Shown here: one piece after another, positions 44,871 through 53,937 of the stretch
How the letters are laid out: each line of letters begins with the position of its first letter
How positions within the stretch are numbered: the stretch's first letter is position 1
Source: Patescibacteria group bacterium
GTDB lineage: Bacteria > Patescibacteriota > Minisyncoccia > Phycocordibacterales > UBA2100
Assembly: GCA_038064835.1 (NCBI GenBank)
Contig: JBBTSD010000003.1
Location: 59,585-123,584, forward strand
Length of the DNA stretch: 64,000 nt
Direction: 5' to 3'
Program-made: the position numbers and the translations under genes
Notes under the pieces: generated by a model
What the model was told of the DNA's origin: nothing
The model's database searches: none
The model's input: only the letters and a program-made list of their open reading frames with translations

Positions 44871-46058
44871 TTAGAGACCGCTTTGCGACGCAGGGGTTCC
44901 AAACAAGGCGTGACGCAATTGTCCGGCAAGCCCGTCTGCCTCTTTCAGAAACAGTCCTTCAATAGTAATAGAACTGTTCGTTTTAATTGGCGCACCCTTG
45001 CCTTGCACAACCACGACAGTCGCGGCATTCTCGATCTGGACATCGGCAATCCCTAAAATTCTATCAATCACGCCTTGTTTGACGACAATATTTTGCACAA
45101 CACTGTACGGCATGTGCTTTTCCTCGACAGTCAGGATACCGACGCGCTGTTCAATGAATTCGTCAGTAAACTGATACCGATAGTGCATCACCCACAATGA
45201 AAGCTTGATAAATTGCCAGATGATAAACAAGCCGGCAAGGCCTACAAAACTCCAGATGAAAAGACTATGTGCGTTGGGTGAAAGCATGGTTACAAAACTA
45301 GTGCCATCATCATCGCTTGCTCCAAAGAAAATTACGAAATACCAAAGCGGCAATGAGAAAGCGATCTGCAAGAAAGTTTTAAGTAGTTCACCCACATACC
45401 ACTCCTTGGTAAGCGGGTAGCGGTCCCGACTGATTTCCTTAAGCGTCGCGAGTGCGACTGGATTACGGATACCTCCGGTTGAGATTGAACTAGAGACACC
45501 AGTCTGCGCCCCTTGTTGTTGTACTTGTGTAGCACCGCGCCGCAATGATTCAAGGAGAAACACTTTCATCTGTTCGGCATGCTCGAACGAAAGCCCGTCA
45601 ATGTGTGCTTCCATCGAGGATGTGGCTGTTGCGCTAGCTACATGCACATCGTAAATACCAAACAACAAGTCGAGTATGTCTTGGTCCACATATACATCTT
45701 GGATTTTTTGATACTGCACATGAATCTCAGCTGGAGCAAACACACCTTTTTTGATGGTGAGAAAATCGGCATCGGCCGAATAATAATACAATTTTATGTA
45801 TGTCCAATGATACCAATACATCAGCAGTAGATAGAGTGTCGTGAACACAATGAGTGTGTACCCGATCCATTTAAGAAAGTCGATGTCGGGGTCCTCGGTA
45901 AACGCAACGAGTGCTAAAATGCCGCCCGCTAAAATGTAACAAAACACCCCAAAAATCAGACTAGAAAGAAATTTTTTCCAAAATTTACGCGTTACTGAAA
46001 GTGGAAACCGTGTCTGTAGCTCGGAAACAGGGCCAGAAGGTGCAAACATAGTTGTCAT
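44871..46058 (-). CDS. YdbT-like membrane protein with bacterial PH (bPH_2) domains.
   Basis: Two TM-pair modules, each followed by a PH-like domain. Confidence 0.5.
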   Translation of the reverse strand: MTTMFAPSGPVSELQTRFPLSVTRKFWKKFLSSLIFGVFCYILAGGILALVAFTEDPDIDFLKWIGYTLIVFTTLYLLLMYWYHWTYIKLYYYSADADFLTIKKGVFAPAEIHVQYQKIQDVYVDQDILDLLFGIYDVHVASATATSSMEAHIDGLSFEHAEQMKVFLLESLRRGATQVQQQGAQTGVSSSISTGGIRNPVALATLKEISRDRYPLTKEWYVGELLKTFLQIAFSLPLWYFVIFFGASDDDGTSFVTMLSPNAHSLFIWSFVGLAGLFIIWQFIKLSLWVMHYRYQFTDEFIEQRVGILTVEEKHMPYSVVQNIVVKQGVIDRILGIADVQIENAATVVVVQGKGAPIKTNSSITIEGLFLKEADGLAGQLRHALFGTPASQSGL

Positions 46059-46120
46059 TAAATCATGTGCTGGGCGGCACCAGCAAAAAATCGCATGAGG
46101 GTGGGGATAGCACTCTCCCT

Positions 46121-47080
46121 CTAAAGGCTGAAGTTCCTCATCGAGTACAGATCCTCATCGGGTGGCGCTTCCGGTTCGACCACATTGGGTATCGTTGGAG
46201 TCGGCTCGGCATAGTCACCAACAAAGGCTGGCTGTTGTGTTCCCAGCTGAGAACCAATCATGCTCAGAAGCGCAGCCAGGTCTTCTTGTGAAAAGAAGTC
46301 TATAAGAACTTTGCCTCCTTTCTCTCGCTTCTCAATCCGTACGCGAGTACCCAGCTTTTCTGTGAGTGCCTTTTCGATACTGAGCATCTCTGGAGGAAGA
46401 TCGATTTTGCGCGCGCGATCGACAGCAATGCGTCGTGCGATAAGCTCGGATTCACGGACGGTCATTTTTTTGTCGACTATTTCTTTGAACAGGACGCTCT
46501 GTTCTTCGATACGCTCGGAAAGCATCAAAAGCGGTCGTGTGTGCCCTTCGGTAATTTCGCCATTCGACAATGCGTTCTGCATATCAGTAGGCAAAAGAAG
46601 AATGCGCAAGGTGTTGGATACATACTCGCGACTCTTCCCCACTTTTGTGCCAATCTCGTGATGCTTGAGACCAAATTGGTCATACAATTGCTGGAATGCC
46701 TTGGCACGATCAACAGGATTCAAGTCTTCCCGTTGAAGATTCTCGATGATCGCCAGTTCGAGCTTCATTTTGTCGGTGTCTTCTTGGGCCCGGATTACCA
46801 CAGGAACCTGTGTGAGGCCCGCAAGCTTTGACGCGCGTAGTCGTCGTTCTCCGGCAATGAGCTCATACTCGACAAAGATGCCCTCTTCGGGTCGTTCGAT
46901 TTCTTTGCGAGTGACTGTCAACGGCTGAAGGACCCCGTACTGTCGGATAGAGTCGGCAAGGGATGTCAAGTTGGCCTCATCAAAATGTTTGCGTGGTTGA
47001 AAAGGATTTGGCTTGATGCGATCGACTTCCACCCAAAAGATGGAGTTGCTGTAGTAGTGTTGTGGTTTTTCATCTGGCAT
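46121..47080 (-). CDS. parB: ParB/Spo0J partition protein.
   Basis: VLQPLTVTRK...YELIAGERRLRASKLAGL. Confidence 0.85.
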   Translation of the reverse strand: MPDEKPQHYYSNSIFWVEVDRIKPNPFQPRKHFDEANLTSLADSIRQYGVLQPLTVTRKEIERPEEGIFVEYELIAGERRLRASKLAGLTQVPVVIRAQEDTDKMKLELAIIENLQREDLNPVDRAKAFQQLYDQFGLKHHEIGTKVGKSREYVSNTLRILLLPTDMQNALSNGEITEGHTRPLLMLSERIEEQSVLFKEIVDKKMTVRESELIARRIAVDRARKIDLPPEMLSIEKALTEKLGTRVRIEKREKGGKVLIDFFSQEDLAALLSMIGSQLGTQQPAFVGDYAEPTPTIPNVVEPEAPPDEDLYSMRNFSL

Positions 47081-47092
47081 CGCACCAGTATA

Positions 47093-47701
47093 TCATGTGC
47101 TCTTTTCTTCCAATGGAGGTTCTGGCACAGGTGGATTTTTTAACGAAAGAAGCCACTGGGAAAGTAGTATTGCTATGAGAAGCCAGTACATGCCCACCAG
47201 ATACCCGCCCAGAACATCGCTCAGATAATGAACGCCAAAGTAGACTCGGCTAAACCCGACCGCAAGCACTGTAAGTAACCCGAGAAAGGCAACAAGGAAC
47301 TTGTAAATCTGACTCTGGGCGCGACTAATTAAGAAGTACATTAAAAATCCGTAAAATACCATTGCCACAGTTGCGTGCCCACTGGGAAATGAAAAAGAGT
47401 TTTCTACGAACAACGAAATGTCGGGGCGGGGTCTTTGAACATACTCCTTAACAATAACGCTAAAGATCGTACTTCCCACAACAGAAATCCAGAGTGGAAA
47501 AATGTATGTCCTGTTGTGCCACAAATACAAAGCCAAAGAAGCCACTACAGTGGCTGCAAGGATGAATCGTACATCCGCCAGTAAAGTGACACCCGTAAAA
47601 ATATAGGTCGCTATATCCGAGTCCCGCAATGCAAGCACCATGTGGGAAAAATAATAATCCATCTCTCTCAAGACTTCCCAAGCGACCTGCATAAATGGCA
47701 T
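47093..47701 (-). CDS. PAP2-family phosphatase.
   Basis: KEYVQRPRP, SFPSGHAT and SRVYFGVHYLSDV motifs. The start was trimmed so that it does not read through the tRNA-Leu. Confidence 0.8.
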   Translation of the reverse strand: MPFMQVAWEVLREMDYYFSHMVLALRDSDIATYIFTGVTLLADVRFILAATVVASLALYLWHNRTYIFPLWISVVGSTIFSVIVKEYVQRPRPDISLFVENSFSFPSGHATVAMVFYGFLMYFLISRAQSQIYKFLVAFLGLLTVLAVGFSRVYFGVHYLSDVLGGYLVGMYWLLIAILLSQWLLSLKNPPVPEPPLEEKST

Positions 47702-47778
47702 GAGTGTTTCTATGAAAACATGGTAGCACGGGGAAAAGGCGTCATAAATGCCTTGTGGCAGCATCAATACCTGTATAA

Positions 47779-47861
47779 AATGGCTATGGGGCGAGTGTCG
47801 GAATGGTAGACGACCGCGACTCAAAATCGCGTGGCTGTAAGGCCGTGAGGGTTCGAGTCCC
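47779..47861 (+). tRNA. tRNA-Leu (anticodon CAA) with a long variable arm.
   Basis: Acceptor GGGCGAG/CTCGCCC, anticodon loop CUCAAAA, T-loop GGTTCGAGTCC. Confidence 0.8.
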
Positions 47862-47990
47862 TCCTCGCCCACATCTCAAAGAAAACTGTCGGTTTAATAA
47901 GACTGTTATCGCTTTCAAAAAAGTGAAACCTGTGAAATTGCCGTACTAAATTAAGCATGGTATGGTCTCGCTGGAAAAGAGAGGTGAGAC

Positions 47991-48854
47991 ATGCGCTCAT
48001 TCAATCAGCTTCTACATGCACAATGGCGCGCAGGACGCGTCCTCTGTATCGCTCTGGATCCTGTGCCAGGCAAAATCCCACCACACATCACGCTAAATGC
48101 TCCCGAGTGCGGTGAGGCATCACTTGTTTTCAACACTGAAATCATCGATGCGACTGCCGACTTTGCCGCGGCATATAAACTCAACAGCGCGTATTACGAG
48201 GCGATGGGACGCACTGGGTGGAACGCACTTGTACGCACCGTAGGCTATATCCAGGGGCGCTACCCCAGAATTCCCATCATTCTTGACGCCAAACGCGGTG
48301 ATGTACTGCACACCAGCGAGCGATATGCCGAGGCGGCGTTCAAACGAATTGGTGTAGATGCGGTGACGGTACACCCCTATTGTGGGCGAGCAAGTCTTGA
48401 GCCGTTTCTGTCACGCCCAGACAAAGGCGTATTTGTGCTCTGCCGGACATCGGATGATAGCGCTCTCCAAACCATGTTGGTGCAGTCACCGTATGCGAAA
48501 AAGCCGATCCCGTTTTTTGCTCATGTCGCACATGATGTAGCAGCTCAGTGGAATCAAAATGGTAATTGTGGGCTTGTCGTAGGTGCCACCCACGCCGCCG
48601 ATATCCTGACGGCAGACTTGGCGAGTGGAAATAGCTTGCCGTTGCTTGTTCCTGGTGCAGGCGCCCAAGGTGCTGACCTACGCGAAGCGCTTCGGCCGCT
48701 TCCTTTTTCTAGCACTAGGAAATTTCTGCTTGTGTCAGGTCGAAGCATCATCTATGCATCACCTGACCGAGACTTTGCCCTCAAGGCACACGAAGCCGCT
48801 CACAGATTGCACAACGAAGTGCATACGCACTTAGCTGGATTTCTTTGCGGATGA
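47991..48854 (+). CDS. pyrF: Orotidine-5'-phosphate decarboxylase (long type).
   Basis: IILDAKRGDV plus the overall fold signature. Confidence 0.8.
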   Translation: MRSFNQLLHAQWRAGRVLCIALDPVPGKIPPHITLNAPECGEASLVFNTEIIDATADFAAAYKLNSAYYEAMGRTGWNALVRTVGYIQGRYPRIPIILDAKRGDVLHTSERYAEAAFKRIGVDAVTVHPYCGRASLEPFLSRPDKGVFVLCRTSDDSALQTMLVQSPYAKKPIPFFAHVAHDVAAQWNQNGNCGLVVGATHAADILTADLASGNSLPLLVPGAGAQGADLREALRPLPFSSTRKFLLVSGRSIIYASPDRDFALKAHEAAHRLHNEVHTHLAGFLCG

Positions 48855-48929
48855 GACGGGCGCCCTTTTGGGGCGCCTTTTGACAAAAGAGCTTCGTCTG
48901 TAAGACTGCACCGAGATAAGGAGACGATC

Positions 48930-49595
48930 ATGAATGACATGGTGCGTGGAACGCAAAGCGGGTGGCTAGCCACCCTGAAGAAAATCGGAGCAATTTGGCA
49001 GTTCAGCCCGAATTCACCAGTGCATGCCGAACTTACTTCAGGAAAGCATAGTGACCTGTTTGTAAACATGTCGATGCTTATTTCATATCCATATTTTCTT
49101 GAGGATGCATGCGCGGATCTTCTTTCTAAAGGAGGTCTTGCCGCTGAGTATCGCGATGATTTGTGGTTTGTCGGGGGTGAACGCGGCGCGGTGACTCCTG
49201 CCCACGAATGCGCCAGGCAGATATGCGCACGGGTTGCATTTGCGGAAAAAGTCGACACTCAGATGCAAATTCGTCGGTTCAAGCTCGGTCGCGATGATCC
49301 GGCATACATCATCGAAGATGTCCTCACTACTGGTGGCACAGCAAGGAAAGTGCTCGCCGCCATCGAGAGGACCGAGGCCAGGGTCATGTCGCCTATTCTG
49401 GCACTGGTAAATCGTAGTGGTAAGACGACTGTCGATCTTGTCCCACCGATATATCCCTCAATCCGACAATATCCCATCGTGTCACTGGTTGAAGTGCAGG
49501 GTCGCGAATGGAATCCGCATGAATGTCCACTTTGCAAAGGTGGCTCGCGAGCCCTAAAGCCGAAAGAGCATTGGAAGCAGTTCTTTCCCGGATAG
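48930..49595 (+). CDS. pyrE: Orotate phosphoribosyltransferase-like PRTase.
   Basis: PRPP-binding YIIEDVLTTGGTARKV. Confidence 0.7.
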   Translation: MNDMVRGTQSGWLATLKKIGAIWQFSPNSPVHAELTSGKHSDLFVNMSMLISYPYFLEDACADLLSKGGLAAEYRDDLWFVGGERGAVTPAHECARQICARVAFAEKVDTQMQIRRFKLGRDDPAYIIEDVLTTGGTARKVLAAIERTEARVMSPILALVNRSGKTTVDLVPPIYPSIRQYPIVSLVEVQGREWNPHECPLCKGGSRALKPKEHWKQFFPG

Positions 49596-49626
49596 CAAAA
49601 GGCGCCCGCTAGTTGGGCGTCTTCTT

Positions 49627-49660
49627 CATGTGAGTCTTCTATGAAGGTCAGACCTTCGCA
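49627..49660. repeat. Palindromic element, copy C.
   Basis: catgtgagtcttctatgaaggtcagaccttcgc. Confidence 0.6.
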
Positions 49661-49679
49661 GAGTGGTTTTACGAAAAAA

Positions 49680-49708
49680 TTGACAAATGACTGTTCTTCT
49701 GATACAGT
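49680..49708 (+). promoter_or_regulatory. Sigma70-like promoter (TTGACA-17-TACAGT).
   Basis: aaaTTGACAaatgactgttcttctgaTACAGT. Confidence 0.5.
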
Positions 49709-49760
49709 GTAGTTCGTGTAAGAACCCTAGAAAAACCCCTAAAGCCGAGGAAGGACCATC

Positions 49761-49997
49761 ATGGCTAAGCCCAAGAAAGCACTGCCCGACGAGGGGTACA
49801 CGCTGGTCACCTGTTTTGTCAACAACTCGGGCGATGCCCGGAAGATGTCGAAGGAGTTGAAGGAGGCCATTAGTAGCACGGTCGCGGCCTTTCGCGATAA
49901 AGGAGAGGAGGGCTGCCTCCTTCGGTCTGTCTCCTTTGCGAACAAGAAGGCGGGCCCCGCCCCCAAGCGCGCGCGGTGCAAGAAGAAGGCAAGCTGA
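49761..49997 (+). CDS. Small basic 78-aa protein of unknown function.
   Basis: AGGAAGGA RBS, ORF, then a strong terminator. Confidence 0.55.
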   Translation: MAKPKKALPDEGYTLVTCFVNNSGDARKMSKELKEAISSTVAAFRDKGEEGCLLRSVSFANKKAGPAPKRARCKKKAS

Positions 49998-50024
49998 CGC
50001 GCGCCCACTGCATACCGCCACAAG

Positions 50025-50075
50025 GGCCACCTGTTCTATACAGGTGGCCCTTTCGTTGGGTTTTCTTTTTCTACA
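50025..50075 (+). terminator. Intrinsic terminator.
   Basis: gggccacctg ttctata caggtggccc followed by tttcgttgggttttcttttt. Confidence 0.75.
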
Positions 50076-50095
50076 CACTAGCGTAGGTTATATAT

Positions 50096-51001
50096 ATGCA
50101 ACGGATTATCGTCATAGTCGGTCCGACCGCATCGGGGAAAAGCGATTTGGCGGTTGCATTGGCGAACCGCTTCGATGGCGAAGTTATTTCTGCTGATTCA
50201 CGCCAAGTGTATAGAGGTCTGGATATAGGCACGGGTAAAATTACTCAATCAGAAATGCGCGGCATCCCCCATCACCTTCTAGATGTCGCTTCACCATCGC
50301 GTGTTTTCACTGCACATGATTTTGCAAAGCACGCTCGCCGTGCAATAACTGAAATTGCAGCCAGAGGCCACACCCCCATCATCGCAGGTGGCACTGGGTT
50401 TTACATTGACGCCCTTGTCGGACGCATTGCGCTCGCGCCCGTAAAAATCGACAAAGCTTTGCGAAAAAAGCTGGATGGAAAGACTACAAAACAACTCCTT
50501 GCCCTCCTTAGGCGCCGCGACAAAGTGCGAGCAGAGGCAGTCGTCGCGAAAAACGAGATGAACAACCGCCACCGCCTCATTCGCGCTATCGAAATTTCAT
50601 ACACGAAAAAAATGTCTGCACACGCACATCCTACGCCGGCATACGACATTCTTTGGATTGGCATCAAACCAAACCCGCAAATTTTAAAAGAGCGCATCCG
50701 CCTGCGCCTTACACAGCGCCTCGATGCAGGCATGACTACCGAGGGTGAACATCTTCACGCGAGCGGTCTTTCCTACAAACGCATGGAAGCGCTCGGCCTT
50801 GAGTATCGCTATCTTGCGCTTTTCCTGCAGAAAAAAATAACGCGAGGGGAGCTTGTCGAACAACTGTCGGCAAAAATATGGCAGTATGCTCGGCGCCAAA
50901 CTACCTACTGGAAACGAAATACCGCTATTCATTGGTTGCCTCTCCAAAAGACTGCTGATATGGTTGCGCAAGCACAGAAAGTTTTGTCGGAGCTATGGTG
51001 A
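50096..51001 (+). CDS. miaA: tRNA dimethylallyltransferase.
   Basis: IIVIVGPTASGKSDLA...ISADSRQVYRGLDIGT. Confidence 0.9.
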   Translation: MQRIIVIVGPTASGKSDLAVALANRFDGEVISADSRQVYRGLDIGTGKITQSEMRGIPHHLLDVASPSRVFTAHDFAKHARRAITEIAARGHTPIIAGGTGFYIDALVGRIALAPVKIDKALRKKLDGKTTKQLLALLRRRDKVRAEAVVAKNEMNNRHRLIRAIEISYTKKMSAHAHPTPAYDILWIGIKPNPQILKERIRLRLTQRLDAGMTTEGEHLHASGLSYKRMEALGLEYRYLALFLQKKITRGELVEQLSAKIWQYARRQTTYWKRNTAIHWLPLQKTADMVAQAQKVLSELW

Positions 51002-51474
51002 TGAACGCATACCTACTTGCGCTTGAAATCGAACCAGTCAATGTCGGCACAGGGTACTCAAGCCTACCCTTGCACTGCACCATTATGCATTGGTTCCTTT
51101 CTTTGAAAGGCCTAAACGCCATCGTGGATGCGACCAAAGATATCATTACGATGTCACGACCAATTACATTGGTGTCAAAACGATCAGTTCTTTTTGGACC
51201 CAACAGCGATGTTCCTGTAAACATACTGGCTCGCAATGAAGCGCGCGACCTACTACATCTCAAGCTCTTTCGTGCACTGAATGGAATCGGTGTAGTCTAC
51301 ACCGAACCTGGATATGTTGGCGACGGGTACTCTGCGCATGTGACGACACAGAAAGGAGGAGCTTTCGCACCCGGTACTTCGCATGTGGCCAAGTCTGTTT
51401 ATTTGGTCGAGGCACTACCAGATGGAGTGCCACCCACGCGGTACATCGGGGCACGCCTTTGTTTTTCTGAATGA
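50995..51474 (+). CDS. Putative 2H phosphoesterase (LigT/ThpR-like), with two H-x-T motifs.
   Basis: LHCTIMHW and SAHVTTQ. Overlaps the miaA stop by 7 nt. Confidence 0.45.
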   Translation: MVMNAYLLALEIEPVNVGTGYSSLPLHCTIMHWFLSLKGLNAIVDATKDIITMSRPITLVSKRSVLFGPNSDVPVNILARNEARDLLHLKLFRALNGIGVVYTEPGYVGDGYSAHVTTQKGGAFAPGTSHVAKSVYLVEALPDGVPPTRYIGARLCFSE

Positions 51475-51500
51475 CCCGAAGCCCCTTAGGGGGCTTTTTC
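51473..51500 (+). terminator. Intrinsic terminator.
   Basis: gaagcccc ttag ggggctt followed by tttctct. Confidence 0.6.
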
Positions 51501-51515
51501 TCTAGATGGCTGATT

Positions 51516-52079
51516 CTATTCAACATCCATCAGGTCGAGCAGTTCCAAAAGTGCCTGTGGAAATTCGGTAAATCCTTCACTGCGATTAAAATGTCCGCCG
51601 TTGGGGATGGTGACCAAGCGGGCACCCAATTTGTCTCGAAATACTTCGCCATGCCAAGCGGGCACATATTTGTCGTTGTCAGATTGAATCGCCACAATCT
51701 GTTGCAGTGAGGCACGACGCGCCCGCCTAAAATCTACCGGGCATGAGAAAAAATTGTTTAGCTCGGGAAATCCTATTCGTTCAGAAAATCCCGCAACAAA
51801 TACAGCACCTCCGACCCGGACACCCTCGGGCAAGCTTTCAAGGTAGCGCAGAATAGTGACGCATCCCAGACTATGGCCAATAAGAAATGTATCTTCTTCT
51901 GGCTCACCGATAGTTGCTCGCAAATGCACCAACCACTCGGATTCTCTCGGGAGTTCAGAATTCGGCATCGCAGGCACTTCCGTCTGTACCCCACGCGTTT
52001 CAAGCTCGGACTTGAGCCAGGGAAACCAGTTTGAAGTTGGCTTGCCCTCCCACCCGTGAACAATGATGACTTTTTTCAT
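51516..52079 (-). CDS. YdeN/RBBP9-family alpha/beta serine hydrolase.
   Basis: MKKVIIVHGW...IGHSLGC nucleophile elbow. Confidence 0.75.
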   Translation of the reverse strand: MKKVIIVHGWEGKPTSNWFPWLKSELETRGVQTEVPAMPNSELPRESEWLVHLRATIGEPEEDTFLIGHSLGCVTILRYLESLPEGVRVGGAVFVAGFSERIGFPELNNFFSCPVDFRRARRASLQQIVAIQSDNDKYVPAWHGEVFRDKLGARLVTIPNGGHFNRSEGFTEFPQALLELLDLMDVE

Positions 52080-52081
52080 GG

Positions 52082-52152
52082 CGGGCCCACGAGGACTCGA
52101 ACCTCGGACTTTCGTTTTGGAGACGAAAATTTTACCACTAAACTATAGGCCC
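52082..52152 (-). tRNA. tRNA-Trp (anticodon CCA).
   Basis: Acceptor GGGCCTA/TGGGCCC, anticodon loop CUCCAAA, T-loop GGTTCGAGTCC. Confidence 0.8.
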
Positions 52153-52809
52153 ATATTTTGTCAAAAATCCACGGCCAATGGCCAGAACCTGACGCATAAT
52201 CATCTTATCATTGTAGACGACTTGGATACAGCCCTGATACCCCTCGCGCAAACTTTGTCTGCTTTCGATTTTAATATAGGGCCGCATAAATTGCTTCAAA
52301 GAGATGCCTGTTACTTCAGACCAAAATTTGGTCTGAGCCCTAGCATTGTGGTACCCATGCAAGTGAATGCATGCCCGGAACTTTGACTCGTCAAGAGCAA
52401 AGCTCCGTCGAAGCAAGTTCAAAAATAACGCGATAAGTGCTGGTTCAGAGTTCATAAAAGCAAAGTTGCCTCGGTTGTTGTAAAGCTTGCTACCCTCGCA
52501 CATATACAACAAGGCACATAATACCCTCTCTGTGGTCTCGTCGGGGCTAAAATTTTTCAATACCGCCCACGCAAAAATGTCTGCCTCTTTTTCTTTCTGT
52601 CGAGTTCTTGCATAATGGGTCTCTTGAGCTGCGAGCTGTCCTTTGGTGCAAAGCCCTCTGATACGATTCTGTGCAGAGTCTGACAAAACGACATCGCGAA
52701 CCCATACAGAAACAGTACTTTTTGCTGCCCCCAGTAAAAGACTGATTTCTTTCATTGAGTAGCCTTTTACTCGCAAGGCCCGCGCTTTGTGTTTGTCCCG
52801 TAGTCTCAT
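52138..52809 (-). CDS. HTH protein with a degenerate LAGLIDADG-like motif (possible homing-endonuclease relic) inserted between rpmG and tRNA-Trp.
   Basis: GYSMKEISLLLGAAKSTVSVWVRD (HTH). LCALLYMCEGSKLY resembles LAGLIDADG (E in place of the second Asp). Its 3' end overlaps the tRNA-Trp by 15 nt. Confidence 0.35.
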   Translation of the reverse strand: MRLRDKHKARALRVKGYSMKEISLLLGAAKSTVSVWVRDVVLSDSAQNRIRGLCTKGQLAAQETHYARTRQKEKEADIFAWAVLKNFSPDETTERVLCALLYMCEGSKLYNNRGNFAFMNSEPALIALFLNLLRRSFALDESKFRACIHLHGYHNARAQTKFWSEVTGISLKQFMRPYIKIESRQSLREGYQGCIQVVYNDKMIMRQVLAIGRGFLTKYGPIV

Positions 52810-52914
52810 ATCGAACCTTGACTTAAAGTTACATAAAGGTCGGTTTATGACAAGGACGCAAGGTGGAAAACCTTGCTCAAAGGGCAATGGAGATACCTTC
52901 GTCTGTTCAAAACT

Positions 52915-53079
52915 CTACTTCTTCACCTCTTTGTGTACAAGCTTCTTCTTGCACCACTTGCAAAATTTTTGGAGCTCGATTTTACGCTCGACAAGTTTCT
53001 TGTTCTTGCGAGACCAATAGTTGGTGCGCTTGCACTTACTACAGGCGAGTTTGATGAGTTGTTTTTGCTTCTGGGCCAT
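52915..53079 (-). CDS. rpmG: 50S ribosomal protein L33.
   Basis: Hand translation gives MAQKQKQLIKLACSKCKRTNYWSRKNKKLVERKIELQKFCKWCKKKLVHKEVKK, with a CxxC...CxxC Zn ribbon. It is absent from the ORF track because it lies in a different frame from the track ORFs. Confidence 0.85.
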   Translation of the reverse strand: MAQKQKQLIKLACSKCKRTNYWSRKNKKLVERKIELQKFCKWCKKKLVHKEVKK

Positions 53080-53118
53080 AAGATTCGTAGTGTACCGGCA
53101 AGGGGTCCCGTGGTCAAG

Positions 53119-53583
53119 CTAGCGCAAGGATCCAGGTGGGGCGGCGAATGACCCTACCCGTGATGCATTACACCCGATACTGTTCCAGGGACCAAACTTC
53201 TGTTCGTCGACCAAGGTCTTCATCAAGGTATCGACACCCAGCCAAGCGCCTAAAATCACTACCAAACCCATGGCGACACTAGAAAGTACTTTGCGAGCCT
53301 TTCCCGCCTTGCCGGCATCGCCCCCACCCATAGTGGTGGAGGTCATATACATGAGCCCTGCATACGCAAAAGTGAGTGCTGAAAGTATCACCGCGATGAC
53401 AATTCCCGTATTGAGCAGGTTGGACCCGAGCTGAACAAGGTGACAAAATCCGCAGTTAGGACCATCACATTCGACGGGCACAATTTGGCTGGGCGCTCCG
53501 CCGGTCAAATCGCCTTGAGCACCAACGCCCACAGGCACAACAAGAAACACAAGACAGAGGCTGAGCAAGATAAATCGGCGCAT
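53119..53583 (-). CDS. Small secreted membrane protein with a signal peptide, a Cys-rich segment and two TM helices (VirB2/TrbC-like topology).
   Basis: MRRFILLSLCLVFLVVPVGVGAQ, then two TM helices. A TGgTGTACAAT -10 element lies 8 nt before the ATG. Confidence 0.35.
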   Translation of the reverse strand: MRRFILLSLCLVFLVVPVGVGAQGDLTGGAPSQIVPVECDGPNCGFCHLVQLGSNLLNTGIVIAVILSALTFAYAGLMYMTSTTMGGGDAGKAGKARKVLSSVAMGLVVILGAWLGVDTLMKTLVDEQKFGPWNSIGCNASRVGSFAAPPGSLR

Positions 53584-53668
53584 AAATTCATTGTACACCA
53601 AAACACAGAGGTTTTTCGGGTACACACAGTGTAGTGAGTTTGCACTTGTAGTTTGGCAGGAATATAGT

Positions 53669-53911
53669 ATGCAAGGAATCTGCGAGGATGCTATGTTACA
53701 TGAACTCACAGTATACGAAAAGCTGGCACGAAATCATGTGCCGACGGATCGACCCTACGCCGAAGTTTGTTTCAAGTGTCCAATAATGCTCTCCGGAGAA
53801 TTTTCCGGTGGGTCATCCCTGTGCATGCTGTGTCTTTTGGCACAAATGGCACGAAGAGAGCGCATCATCAAGGAACGTTTGTTTTCCAACAAAACACAGG
53901 AAAGACAGTAG
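53669..53911 (+). CDS. Small CxxC...CxxC zinc-ribbon-like hypothetical protein.
   Basis: CFKCP...CMLC. AGGA RBS. Followed by a gcgcgc gaaa gcgcgc hairpin. Confidence 0.3.
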   Translation: MQGICEDAMLHELTVYEKLARNHVPTDRPYAEVCFKCPIMLSGEFSGGSSLCMLCLLAQMARRERIIKERLFSNKTQERQ

Positions 53912-53937
53912 GGGGCGCGCGAAAGCGCGCTTTCTAG

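Noticed and set aside
52873-53151. Track ORFs 52873..53151 (+) and 52923..53117 (-).
   Set aside because: They are wrong-frame readings of the rpmG locus. The minus-strand frame at 52915..53079 gives a canonical L33.
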